From Deltaproteobacteria bacterium (GTDB lineage: Bacteria > Myxococcota_A > UBA9160 > SMWR01): a stretch of 64,000 bases of DNA. The notes under the pieces are model-generated. The model was not told the origin of the DNA. It worked only from the letters and a program-made list of their open reading frames with translations, and ran no database searches. The position numbers were made by a program, and so were the translations under genes. Numbering within the stretch: position 1 is the stretch's first letter; each line of letters starts with the position of its first letter. The DNA is taken from positions 17,079-81,078 of the forward strand of contig JAQBGU010000099.1 of the NCBI GenBank assembly GCA_032128375.1. Reading direction: 5' to 3'. Of this stretch, positions 47,616 through 57,412 are shown in pieces.

Positions 47616-47783
47616 CCTTCCGCAACGGACTTTCTGCAACCGGCTTTCCGCAACCGGCTTTCCGCAACCGGCTTTCTGCAACCGGCTTTCCGCAACCGGC
47701 TTTCCGCAACCGGCTTTCCGCAACCGGCTTTCCGCAACGGACTTTCTGCAACCGACTTTCCGCAACCGACTTTCCGCAACCGA
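47616..47783. repeat. 14-bp tandem repeat x12 (CTTTCCGCAACCGG consensus)
   Basis: Counted 12 contiguous units with minor variants (CTTTCTGCAACCGG, ...ACGGA, ...ACCGA), no spacers; lies in a divergent intergenic region. Confidence 0.92.
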
Positions 47784-47884
47784 TAGTTCGATGGTCTATC
47801 GTCCCGTTTTCTCATCATTCGTTGCGCTTCCGTTCGGCTGCTCGCCGAAGCGTGAAATTTCGAATCAAAGGGAGACAGTCAACC

Positions 47885-48612
47885 ATGCAGGTCAAAGACA
47901 GCGTCGCAATCGTCGTTGGTGGAGCTTCGGGCATGGCGCGGGCTACCGCGTTCGACCTCGCCGAAGGGGGAGCGAAGATTGCCATCTTCGACTTGCCCAG
48001 TTCCGACGGCGAAAACGTGGCCGCGCAGATTGGAAACGGGACACTGTTCATTCCGCTCGACATCACGAACGACGAGGCGGTCGAAGTCGCAATCGATCGG
48101 GTTGTCGACGAGTTCGGCGCGATCCACATCGGAGTGAGCAGGGTCCGCATCCAATCGCCGAGTTTCGTCGGGTCGTCGAACTGAACCTGATCGCGACATT
48201 CAACCTGGTGCGACTGTTGGCGGATCGCATGTCCCGCAACGACCCGAACGAAGACGACGAACGGGGAGTGATCATCAACACGGCTTCGATCGCCGCATTC
48301 GAGGGACAAATTGGCCAGGTTGCCTACGCGGCCGCGAAAAGTGGCATCGTCGGGATGACGTTCACAGCCGCGCGCGACCTCGGCGGACTGGGCATTCGCG
48401 TGCTGGCAATCGCACCGAGCTTGTTCGACACCGGCTTGACGAAGCTGGCTCCCGACGACATGAAAGCGGCGCTCGTCCGAGATGCGGCATTCCCCAAGCG
48501 AATGGGCAAGCCGGAAGAGTTCGCACGATTGGCGCGGGCGATCGTCGAGACCCCGATGCTCAACGGCACCACGATCCGTCTGGACGCAGGCCAGCGATTC
48601 ACACCGCGATAG
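47885..48612 (+). pseudogene. HSD10/3-hydroxyacyl-CoA dehydrogenase-type SDR with internal deletion and frameshift
   Basis: MQVKDSVAIVVGGASGM...GAIHIGV in one frame joins EQGPHPIAEF...INTASIAAFEGQIGQVAYAAAK in another near 48136; the NxAG segment is missing. Confidence 0.78.
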
Positions 48613-48647
48613 AGCGGGTCACGCGCCCATCTGACTCATGAGCCACA

Positions 48648-49649
48648 TCATCGGAGAAGCCCGAGCGCGCGCTGCGTCAGTGTCGACATCGCGTTCTTGG
48701 TCTGCTCCCACTGCGGGTCGACGCGCTTGCCTCGGCGGTGAAGCGACAAATTGAAACCCGCGATGATCGCGAACTTGTAGGCCGCTAACGCGCGGTACCA
48801 AGCGAGGTCCGGCAGATCTGCGCCCCAAGCGCGTTCGTACATCGATACCAGCTCATCCGCGCCCGGCATTCCGACGCCGACCGGGCTGGAGTCGGACCAC
48901 GCCTTCGCGTCATTGAAGGTCGCGATCCATCCGACATCATTCAGTGTGGATCCGATACCCGCAAGTTCCCAGTCGATCACGGCCAGCAACACGCCATCGA
49001 ACGAGTAGAACAGGTTCGACCACTGGAAGTCGCCGTGAAAGATCCCGATCGGCGCGTCGGCGGGCAGGCTCGAGAGCAGGCGCTCGCGAAGTTCTGGAAC
49101 CAATACCAGCCGCTCGGGATCCGCTGCGCGCTCGTAGAAGCGATCCCAGCGTGTGACGTCCTCGGCGAACGGGATCGGGTCGCCGAGGTATGGGGCTGAA
49201 GCTCGGTCGACACGATGGATACCGGCCAATGCGATCATCGCCTGCTCGGCCATGCGGCTGCGCTGCGCCGGTTCGAGCTTCGACGCCCAGCCGCCGGGTT
49301 GCAGCCGCACGACGTCACCCGCAAGTGCCGGGACAGCGAAGTACGGCCGGCCAAACCATTCCAGGTCGTCGCCAGACCATTTCACGCGACAGTGCGGGAC
49401 GTCAGTTCCCTCGAGTGCAGCGAGTGCCGCGACCTGACGCAACACGTCGGCCGTGCCCCGCCAATTCACGTTCGGCGGCGGAAGGCGCAAGAACCAGGAC
49501 TCCGAGCCACCGCGGCTTTGGGCCGTGAATCCGTACGAAAACCCCGCGTGCCCGGGCATCTTGTGTACTCCGGTCGCGATCGCCTGCGGGTCCGCGTAGC
49601 GATCGCGAACGAACGGTTCGAGGCGCCGTTCGAGTTCCTCGAGTTCCAT
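48648..49649 (-). CDS. APH/choline-kinase-like phosphotransferase (ACAD10/11-like)
   Basis: FLRLPP, DVLRQ, FHGDFQWSNL, AVIDWELAGIG. Confidence 0.88.
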   Translation of the reverse strand: MELEELERRLEPFVRDRYADPQAIATGVHKMPGHAGFSYGFTAQSRGGSESWFLRLPPPNVNWRGTADVLRQVAALAALEGTDVPHCRVKWSGDDLEWFGRPYFAVPALAGDVVRLQPGGWASKLEPAQRSRMAEQAMIALAGIHRVDRASAPYLGDPIPFAEDVTRWDRFYERAADPERLVLVPELRERLLSSLPADAPIGIFHGDFQWSNLFYSFDGVLLAVIDWELAGIGSTLNDVGWIATFNDAKAWSDSSPVGVGMPGADELVSMYERAWGADLPDLAWYRALAAYKFAIIAGFNLSLHRRGKRVDPQWEQTKNAMSTLTQRALGLLR

Positions 49650-49687
49650 GATTTGTGGCCTCCCGCTTGCGCTGTGTTGGAGAACGC

Positions 49688-50524
49688 CTAACGACCCTTG
49701 GGGCGGTACATCTTCAATGGGCGGGGTTCGGTCATCCACTTCGGCCACTGATCCCACGCCGGCCCCGCGTTTACGCCGCCGTCGACTACCAACGCATGAC
49801 CGGTCACGAACGTCGAGTCATCGCTGGCAAGGTAGAGCGCGGCCTGGGCGATATCTCGTGGCTCACCGAGGCGGCCGATGGGCTGGCTGCGGCCGATGCC
49901 CCCGCGCAATTTGTCGAAGGACTCTTCGCCTGCATCGGGGTGACCCGCGGCGAGCGGGGTCGCGATGAAGCCCGGGCAAATACAGTTCACACGAACGCCC
50001 TGAGCGCCGAGTTCCAGTGACACCGTCTCGGTCAGCTTGATCACCGCGGCCTTGGCGACGGCGTACAAATGCGGCGATCCACCCCCGATCATCGCGGCGA
50101 CGCTCGCGGTGCTGATGATGCTCCCGGCCCGCTGTTCTTTCATCACGGGGGCCACGTATTTCATGCCGAGGAAGACCCCCTTGAGCAACACGTCGAATGT
50201 GATGTCGTAGTCTTCACTACTCGTCGATTCGATCGGACCAATCGCGCCCCCGAAGCCCGCGTTGTTGAACAGCACGTCGATTCGACCCCAGCGCGACATT
50301 GCGGTTTCGACCATCACGCGCACGTCGGTCTCGCGACTGACATCGACTGCCAGAAACGCGGCCGCAGCGCCAATATCGGCAGCCACTTGCTCAGCGTGCT
50401 CCGCGCGCATGTCGGTCACCAGGACATTCGCGCCCTCGTCGGCAAACAGCCGAGCCGTCTCGGCCCCGATCCCACTACCGGCCCCGGTAATCACCGCGAC
50501 CTTCCCCTCCAAGCGTCGACTCAT
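49688..50524 (-). CDS. short-chain dehydrogenase/reductase
   Basis: TGAGSGIG, FNNAG, YAVAK, VNCICPG. Confidence 0.92.
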   Translation of the reverse strand: MSRRLEGKVAVITGAGSGIGAETARLFADEGANVLVTDMRAEHAEQVAADIGAAAAFLAVDVSRETDVRVMVETAMSRWGRIDVLFNNAGFGGAIGPIESTSSEDYDITFDVLLKGVFLGMKYVAPVMKEQRAGSIISTASVAAMIGGGSPHLYAVAKAAVIKLTETVSLELGAQGVRVNCICPGFIATPLAAGHPDAGEESFDKLRGGIGRSQPIGRLGEPRDIAQAALYLASDDSTFVTGHALVVDGGVNAGPAWDQWPKWMTEPRPLKMYRPKGR

Positions 50525-50645
50525 ATGCGCCTCTGATTTTCGTTTGAGAGACTGCGAGGGTAGGCAAAGGGAACGAAAACTGCGGACGTCCGTCCGGATT
50601 GCGCGGTTCAGGAACGCTTGGTGTAGGATGGCGTTGGAGGTCGCT

Positions 50646-51437
50646 ATGAGCGACGAGACCTATTACCGCGACCATTGGCTCGACATCGATCCCGAGCGCA
50701 TCGAGGGCTATGAGGAGATGTTCCGCTGGCGCCCTGAAATGGCGGCATTGCTGGCTCCGGCCGAGATCGAACCGGGGCAGACCGTGGTCGACTATGGCTG
50801 TGGCCCCGGCATGTTGTCGATCGAATTGGCGCGCAGAGTGGGGAAAAGTGGCCGCATCCACGGCGTCGACATCAACGCGATGTTTGTCGAACGTGCAGCC
50901 AAGAACGCCTCGGCCGAGGGCCTCGGCGACCGGATCGCATTTCATCGCATCGAAGCCAGCGAGCTGCCGCTCGAAGACGCGAGCGTCGATCGAATCATCT
51001 GCAAGAACGTGCTCGAATACGTAGACGATATCTCTGCCACGTTCCGCGAGTTTCGGCGCGCGCTGAAGCCGGGCGGTCGCGTCCACGCCATCGATAGCGA
51101 TTGGGGAATGCTGGTCGTCGAGCCGATCGGTGCCGACCGACTGGCGCAGGTGTTTGCCGCTGCCAGCATCGCGTACAAGACGCCGCTGGTGGGACGACAG
51201 CTCTACGGCTTGATGCGGGCGGCCGGCTATCAAAACGTGCGCGTCAAAATGCTGGCCGGACCGGACACCAAGGGCCGCGCTGCGCCAATCCTGTTCAACA
51301 TGGCCAAGTACGCTCGCCATTCTGGCCGAATCGACGAGGCGAGCGTGGCTGCGTTCGTCGACGACGTGCGCGCCGCCATCGAGGCGGAGACGTATTTGCT
51401 GGTGTTACCGCAATTCTTGGTAACGGGGATCGCGTAG
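50646..51437 (+). CDS. class I SAM-dependent methyltransferase
   Basis: VVDYGCGPG, GVDIN, LPLEDASVD, LKPGGR, DSDW. Confidence 0.9.
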   Translation: MSDETYYRDHWLDIDPERIEGYEEMFRWRPEMAALLAPAEIEPGQTVVDYGCGPGMLSIELARRVGKSGRIHGVDINAMFVERAAKNASAEGLGDRIAFHRIEASELPLEDASVDRIICKNVLEYVDDISATFREFRRALKPGGRVHAIDSDWGMLVVEPIGADRLAQVFAAASIAYKTPLVGRQLYGLMRAAGYQNVRVKMLAGPDTKGRAAPILFNMAKYARHSGRIDEASVAAFVDDVRAAIEAETYLLVLPQFLVTGIA

Positions 51438-51547
51438 GAGCAGCAGCTGAGCCTGATCCGAATTTGCACAAACCGATGGATCGGGCAAATTCTTCGAATT
51501 CTTCCAATCGCCTGCACGCTAGAGCTGCCGCTCCACCGCGCAGACTC

Positions 51548-53071
51548 CTAGAGCGACTGCAACGTCTCTGCGAGGATGCGTGCGCCAACCGCGATGGCAT
51601 TCTCATCCGGGAGCGTAAAGCCGAGGATGAGCTGGCAAGTCTGGGGCGGCATGCAGTAATAGGGAGAAGCGGAATAGACCGCGACTCCCTGATGCAGACA
51701 CTGCCCGACGACATCTCGGGTGCGGCTTTCCGGAATCGAAGGAAACTCGACCAGTAGGTGAAGTCCAGCGCGACTATCAAAAATTCTCACCTGGTCGCCA
51801 AGCGTATCGGTCAACGCAGACAGAAGTACTGCTCGCTTCTTGCCGTACTGGGTTCGCATCCGGCGCAGATGGCGCTCGAACTCGCCGGCCGCAATGAATT
51901 GCGCGAGGACTCGTTGTTCGAACGCAGGACTCGCCCAATCGGCCATCCATTTCGCGTTGCGAAACACTTCCGAGAGCCCCGTCGGCACCACGACATAGGC
52001 GAGCCGCAGCGCCGGGTCCAGCACCTTCGAAAACGTCCCGACATAAATCACACGCTCGGATCGATCGAGACTCTTCAGTGTCTCGATCGCACGACCCGCG
52101 TAGCGAAACTCGCTGTCGTAGTCGTCTTCGATCACGAACGCGCCCGCCCGATCGGCCCATTCGAGCAACGCCATGCGTCGGGCCAACGACATCACGCTGC
52201 CCTTCGGAAACTGGTGGGACGGCGTGACGTAGGCCAACCGGCACCGGTCTCGGTCGACCGGCGAAACGGACTCGAGATCGATTCCCTGCTCGTCAACAGC
52301 TGCAGCTACGACCTGTGCACCGGCGACCTCGAATGCGCGCCTGGCGCCGATGTAGTGAGGGTCCTCTATCAGCGCAGCGTCGCCCTCATCGAGCAGCAGA
52401 CGTGAACACAAGTCCAGCACCTGCGCGACGCCTGAAACGATCGCGATGTCGTCCGGACTGCACGCCACACCACGGCTCCGGCGCAAGTACCCGGCCACCT
52501 GCTTTCGCAACTTCCAAACACCCGAAGGATCTCCGTAGCTGCGGTTTGGATTGGGCTCACGGGCGAGTTCTCGAGACACACTTCGCCGCCAGGCATCGCT
52601 GGACAACACCCGCACACCCGGCACACACGGCATGAAGTCGATCGAAACAGATTCCCGCGAGCCCAGCGCATCGTACACCCGACGCTGGATGTCGGCGGAG
52701 ACTCGCGCGCCATAGCGCGACATGCGAGGCAACGCGACACCATAGGCTGATTGCCGCCCCGCCGCAGGGCGGCCGTTCGCGGGCGGACCCGACGATCCAT
52801 CGCGTACCTTTGAAAGTTGTGGCGCCACGTAGATACCGGCGCCAACCCGCGACACCGCGTAGCCCTCGGCGAGCAATTGATCATACGCCGCGATGACGGT
52901 GTTCCTAGAGACGGCCAGGTCGTCGGCCAACCAGCGACTCGAGGGCAGTCGGCCGCCCGCCGGCACCCGCCCAGCGAGGATCGCGGCCCGCAGTGAGCGA
53001 TAGATCTGGCGATAGGCCGGACCTGTGCCGTCCAGGGGCAGGTCCCTGATTGGTATCATCAAATTGTTCAT
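51548..53071 (-). CDS. MocR/GabR-family regulator (GntR HTH + PLP domain)
   Basis: LPSSRWLADDLAVSRNTVIAAYDQLLAEGY, YVTPSHQFP, IEDDYDSEFRY, GTFSK. Confidence 0.93.
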   Translation of the reverse strand: MNNLMIPIRDLPLDGTGPAYRQIYRSLRAAILAGRVPAGGRLPSSRWLADDLAVSRNTVIAAYDQLLAEGYAVSRVGAGIYVAPQLSKVRDGSSGPPANGRPAAGRQSAYGVALPRMSRYGARVSADIQRRVYDALGSRESVSIDFMPCVPGVRVLSSDAWRRSVSRELAREPNPNRSYGDPSGVWKLRKQVAGYLRRSRGVACSPDDIAIVSGVAQVLDLCSRLLLDEGDAALIEDPHYIGARRAFEVAGAQVVAAAVDEQGIDLESVSPVDRDRCRLAYVTPSHQFPKGSVMSLARRMALLEWADRAGAFVIEDDYDSEFRYAGRAIETLKSLDRSERVIYVGTFSKVLDPALRLAYVVVPTGLSEVFRNAKWMADWASPAFEQRVLAQFIAAGEFERHLRRMRTQYGKKRAVLLSALTDTLGDQVRIFDSRAGLHLLVEFPSIPESRTRDVVGQCLHQGVAVYSASPYYCMPPQTCQLILGFTLPDENAIAVGARILAETLQSL

Positions 53072-53115
53072 AATTGGACCTTTTAGTAGAACCACTAAAA
53101 TCCTAGCCTGCCCCC

Positions 53116-55386
53116 ATGACGAATCAACCCGGTGCTCGAACCGTGTATCGAACCTGCACTCTGTGCGAAGCCACCTGTGGCATCACGGTCCGCGTCGAAA
53201 ATGACGAAGCGACCCGAATTACCGGCGACCGCGACGACCCTTTCTCGCGCGGTCACATCTGCCCGAAGGCGCACGGCCTACTGGACTTGCAAAACGACCC
53301 GGACCGCTTGCGCCAGCCCATCCGCCGCACCGCGCGCGGTTGGATGCAGATCAGCTGGGACGAAGCCTACGATCTGGCCGCGGATGGCCTGGCTCGCGTG
53401 CGCGACGCGGGCGGAGTGAACGCGATCGGGTTGTACCGCGGCAATCCGACTATACACGACATGGCGTCGTTGATGTACTGGAACGTGATCGGACAGGCGA
53501 TCCCAACGCGCAACAAATTCTCCGCCGGGTCTGTCGACACCTGGCCTCGCTACGTGCAGGCGGGTTCGATGTTCGGTGGGATGCTGCACATTCCCGTCCC
53601 CGACATCGAGCGCACCGATCACCTGCTGATACTCGGCGCGAACCCCGTCGTTTCCAATGGCAGCCTGATGACAGCGCCCGATATCAGGAAGCGGCTGAAG
53701 GAAATTAGAGATCGCGGTGGAAAAGTCGTCGTCATCGATCCCCGCCGCACCGAAACAGCCGACATCGCAAGCGAACACCATTTTATCACACCAGGTGGTG
53801 ACGCCCCATTCGTGCTCGCGATGATCCACACACTGTTCGCCGAAGACCTCGTGAACCTGCGACACTGCGCCGGGTTCTCGCTCGGGTTCGAGGATCTGCC
53901 GGATCGGGTCCGCCCCTATTCGCCCGAAGCCGTCGAACGCGCCTGCGGAATCTCCGCCGCCACGACTCGCCGCCTGGCTCGCGAGTTCGCATCGGCTCCG
54001 TCAGCGGTTGCCTACGGACGCATGGGGACCTGCTGCCAGGAATTCGGAACACTCGCATGTTGGGCGATCGAACTGTTGAACATCGTCACGGGCAACCTCG
54101 ACCGTCCAGGTGGTGCGATGTTTACTCGACCAGCCGCCTCACTGGACTTTGCCGTCTCGCTCGGCAAGGGCGGGGTCGAATTCGGGCGCCACACCAGCCG
54201 CGCGGGTGGACACGATGAGATCTTCGGCGAATATCCGGTGGTCGCGCTGGCTGAAGAAATCGAAGCGCCGGGCGATGGCCAGATTCGCGCGCTGATGACG
54301 ATCGCGGGAAACCCGGTCGCGTCGTTTCCAAACTCCCGTAGACTTGCCAGCGCACTGGAATCTCTTGAATTCATGGTCGCGTTGGACTTCTACGTCAACG
54401 AGACCACGCGCCACGCGGATCTGATCATCCCGCCAACCGCCCCGCTCGAGCACGCCAGCTACGATGTCGCGTTGAACCACTTCGCGATTCGAAACGTCGC
54501 CAAACTCTCGGCCGGCGCGTTGAAATCGACTACCAGGCCCATCTGGCAAACCTTGCTGGAAATATCGAAGCGCCTGATGGGTCTACACGATGTCTCGATC
54601 GAGCAGCTCGACGGGTTCGTTCTCGCACAGTTCGCGTCGCAGGCGATTGCAGCGAGCGCATTTGCGGGCGAGATCAGCGCCGATGATGCGCTGAGCGCAC
54701 TCGGCGACGAACCCGGGCCGCTGCGACTGCTCGACCTGTTGCTTCGTATCGGTCCTTACGGCGATGGCTTCGGTCATCGCGAGGGGGGCCTGACCCTCGA
54801 AGCACTGAAGCGTTCCCCGCACGGGTTGGACCTCGGCAGCCTCGAGCCGGCGCTTCCGGCAAAGCTTGCGACTGCGAGTGGAGCCATCGAACTCACGCCT
54901 GCGCGCATCACAGCCGACCTGCCCCGCCTCGAAAGCTGGGTCCGAATGCGTTCTGTTGCCGAATGCGACAAACACCCAGCGAAGGGCGAACAGCTGACGC
55001 TTATCGGGCGTCGCGACATCCGATCGATGAACTCATGGCTGCACAATCTCCCCAGCCTCGCGAAGGGGAAGTCGCGCTGCACCCTCGCAATTCACCCCGA
55101 CGACGCTGCACGACTGGGGCTCGAAGACGGTGACCCAGCGCGTGTGACGGGGCGAATCGGACACGTCGAGGTGCCGGTCGAGATCAGCGACCGGCTCATG
55201 CCGGGCGTCGTGAGCCTGCCACACGGGTGGGGACACGACCTTCCGGGTACTGAAATGAGAACCGCACGCAAGCGCCCCGGCGTCAACGCCAACCAGATTA
55301 CCGACGATGCCGCGCTCGATGTTCCCAGCGGCACGAGCGTGCTGAATGGAATCCCCGTGACCGTGGTCGCGCAATCGGCCGGATAA
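53116..55386 (+). CDS. molybdopterin (DMSO reductase family) oxidoreductase with N-terminal Fe-S motif
   Basis: CTLCEATCG...HICPK, GANPVVSNG, IDPRRTETA, DFYVNETTRHAD, NSWLHN, SLPHGWGH. Confidence 0.9.
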   Translation: MTNQPGARTVYRTCTLCEATCGITVRVENDEATRITGDRDDPFSRGHICPKAHGLLDLQNDPDRLRQPIRRTARGWMQISWDEAYDLAADGLARVRDAGGVNAIGLYRGNPTIHDMASLMYWNVIGQAIPTRNKFSAGSVDTWPRYVQAGSMFGGMLHIPVPDIERTDHLLILGANPVVSNGSLMTAPDIRKRLKEIRDRGGKVVVIDPRRTETADIASEHHFITPGGDAPFVLAMIHTLFAEDLVNLRHCAGFSLGFEDLPDRVRPYSPEAVERACGISAATTRRLAREFASAPSAVAYGRMGTCCQEFGTLACWAIELLNIVTGNLDRPGGAMFTRPAASLDFAVSLGKGGVEFGRHTSRAGGHDEIFGEYPVVALAEEIEAPGDGQIRALMTIAGNPVASFPNSRRLASALESLEFMVALDFYVNETTRHADLIIPPTAPLEHASYDVALNHFAIRNVAKLSAGALKSTTRPIWQTLLEISKRLMGLHDVSIEQLDGFVLAQFASQAIAASAFAGEISADDALSALGDEPGPLRLLDLLLRIGPYGDGFGHREGGLTLEALKRSPHGLDLGSLEPALPAKLATASGAIELTPARITADLPRLESWVRMRSVAECDKHPAKGEQLTLIGRRDIRSMNSWLHNLPSLAKGKSRCTLAIHPDDAARLGLEDGDPARVTGRIGHVEVPVEISDRLMPGVVSLPHGWGHDLPGTEMRTARKRPGVNANQITDDAALDVPSGTSVLNGIPVTVVAQSAG

Positions 55387-55449
55387 TTGATTCCACCGGT
55401 ATTCGCCTATCCTCCTGCTCCACTGCTGCATACAGCGAGGGGAATATCG

Positions 55450-55752
55450 ATGTTCATCGCGATGAACCGCTTTCGGATCGCCATCGGCCGCGAAGAAGTC
55501 TTCGAACAGTTGTGGCGATCGCGCGACTCGCAACTCTCGAGCGTCCCGGGCTTCAAAGAGTTCCATCTCTTGAAGGGCCCCAGCGACGACGAGGCAACGC
55601 TGTATGCGTCGCATACGATCTGGGAATCGATCGCCGCGTTCGACGCGTGGCGCGAATCGGACAACTTCAAGAAAGCCCACGCCAAAGCCCGCGCCCCGGA
55701 AGGAACCTACCGCGGACATCCGAACTTCGAGGGCTTCGAAGTGGTCTTGTGA
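55450..55752 (+). CDS. ABM-domain monooxygenase (IsdG/HmuQ heme-degrading-like)
   Basis: MFIAMNRF...WRSRDS...YASHTIWES...FKKAH, with the Asn/Trp/His pattern of IsdG-like proteins. Confidence 0.8.
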   Translation: MFIAMNRFRIAIGREEVFEQLWRSRDSQLSSVPGFKEFHLLKGPSDDEATLYASHTIWESIAAFDAWRESDNFKKAHAKARAPEGTYRGHPNFEGFEVVL

Positions 55753-55806
55753 TCGAGGCCTGACCGCCACTCATTGCGCGGCTGCGGCAAGTGGCCTGTG
55801 ATGAAA

Positions 55807-57306
55807 TCAGTCGGCAAAAAGCGTCGATTCGTCGATCCACGCGGTCAGGCCCCGGGGCTCGGTCAGTTCTCCAAGCCACAGCGCACGTAGCAATCGGGGC
55901 ACCACCAACGCATCGAGGTCGCGCGGATCGACCTCGCCGCGCCTTTGGCGCGGCAACTTCACGAACACAGGAACGGCACCCGCCGCGTGTCGATCGTACC
56001 CATCGCGCCCACGCCAGCCGTGATCAGAACTCACCACTACGGCCGTGTCTTGCCACATCCCCGCAGCCCGCATGGCATCGGTGATTTCGGCGAGGGTCCG
56101 GTCCGCCAGGGCCAGGTTGTCGCGATAGCCGATTCCTGGCCGGAACCGGGTGAGCTCGCCCTGTTCGGCGTCGAATATCGGCGGGTCGTGAGGCACCCCG
56201 AGATGAATCGCAACGAAGTCGAGACCCGGATCGGCGGCGCCCGTGCGGGCCTGCTCCACGAGATGGCGGTGTGTGGCCAAGTAGACGGAGCGCCGCCAGA
56301 GCGGTGTCAGCGCGCGCCACTGGGCGCCAAGCACGTCCGCCACGCTGCGTGGCTGCCAGCCGCGAGTCACCGCAAACGACCCACTCGAACAGCTTTGCGC
56401 GACATCAGCGAACAGACGGCAGTAGGGGTGATAGAAGCCCACCAACCCAACCCTGGCACCGGACGCGTAGGCCTGCCGGAACAGATGCGGCTGTTGTGTG
56501 AGCGGGCGCCAGCCCGGCCGGCCCTCTAGCTCCACGTCGAGCTGCGACGCGCCCCGCGGGCGCGCTTTCACCACCCGCTCGCCGAGCCACAACGAAGGCA
56601 TGGCCTCGATCGTGTGGCCCCTCGGCGGGCTCACCCGGGAATAGAAGTTGGCCTCGTTGCGAAGCGCCTCGAACGCCGGAGTCTCGGCGCGTCCGTAGCG
56701 TTGGTCGAACAGCATGCGTCCGTCCAATTCATCGAACACGATCCAAACGACGCGCTGAAGGCTGCGCGACGGCGGACGCGGGATTGCGGCTCGAGGTGCC
56801 AACGCGGAAGCAAGGCTTGGCTGCGGCGAGTAAGGCGAGGCACACCAAACGGCTTGCACAGCGTTAGTCAGGCACAAGGGCGAGACGACCAACACGACGA
56901 GTTCGACCCCGGCCGCGAGCTTCCGAGGCGCCCGCAGTGCGACGACGACCAGCAGGCTGGACGCAGCCGCCAACGCTGCGGTGCCAACGCTTCCCGCCGT
57001 GTCGAGGGTGAGGCCGAGCTGCACCCGCAAGAAATTCAGCGGGTTCACGCCCAACAGGCCCCAGACCGACAACCTCAGCCAGACGCCGCCCACCCTGTCG
57101 GTTTCGACCACCCGCAACACAGCGAAAATTCCTGCGGCCAGCACCAGCCAGCTCACCAGCAACCAGCCGAAGTCGGCCCGACTGGGAACTGGCGTGAAGT
57201 AGAGCTGGTCCTCTCCCAAGTAGAGCAGCTCGTTCCAGACCGGCAGCAGGTTCAGGTTCGCCGCCGACAGCGCCAACAGCATCCGTCGACGCGTCAAGTA
57301 TCGCAC
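55807..57306 (-). CDS. membrane protein with sulfatase/alkaline-phosphatase-like domain; start uncertain
   Basis: N-terminal TM helices; VVWIVFDEL, HT, PHDP, LADRTL, VVSSDHGWR. Confidence 0.75.
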   Translation of the reverse strand: MRYLTRRRMLLALSAANLNLLPVWNELLYLGEDQLYFTPVPSRADFGWLLVSWLVLAAGIFAVLRVVETDRVGGVWLRLSVWGLLGVNPLNFLRVQLGLTLDTAGSVGTAALAAASSLLVVVALRAPRKLAAGVELVVLVVSPLCLTNAVQAVWCASPYSPQPSLASALAPRAAIPRPPSRSLQRVVWIVFDELDGRMLFDQRYGRAETPAFEALRNEANFYSRVSPPRGHTIEAMPSLWLGERVVKARPRGASQLDVELEGRPGWRPLTQQPHLFRQAYASGARVGLVGFYHPYCRLFADVAQSCSSGSFAVTRGWQPRSVADVLGAQWRALTPLWRRSVYLATHRHLVEQARTGAADPGLDFVAIHLGVPHDPPIFDAEQGELTRFRPGIGYRDNLALADRTLAEITDAMRAAGMWQDTAVVVSSDHGWRGRDGYDRHAAGAVPVFVKLPRQRRGEVDPRDLDALVVPRLLRALWLGELTEPRGLTAWIDESTLFAD

Positions 57307-57412
57307 GACACTTCGCGCAGGAGCTCGTGGGAATAAAACACGGCCTGAGAGTAGGGGGTTCGGTGCGACCGGGCCCTGCCGGGTGATTGGGATGTCAATC
57401 TCTGGGTTTGGA

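Noticed and set aside
47616..47783. Possible CRISPR array
   Set aside because: Units are 14 bp, contiguous and lack unique spacers; no cas genes in the window.
47386..47884. N-terminal extensions of the amidohydrolase (489 aa) and SDR (408 aa) ORFs with 14-aa periodic repeats
   Set aside because: Produced by reading through the 14-bp DNA repeat; the family domains start outside it.
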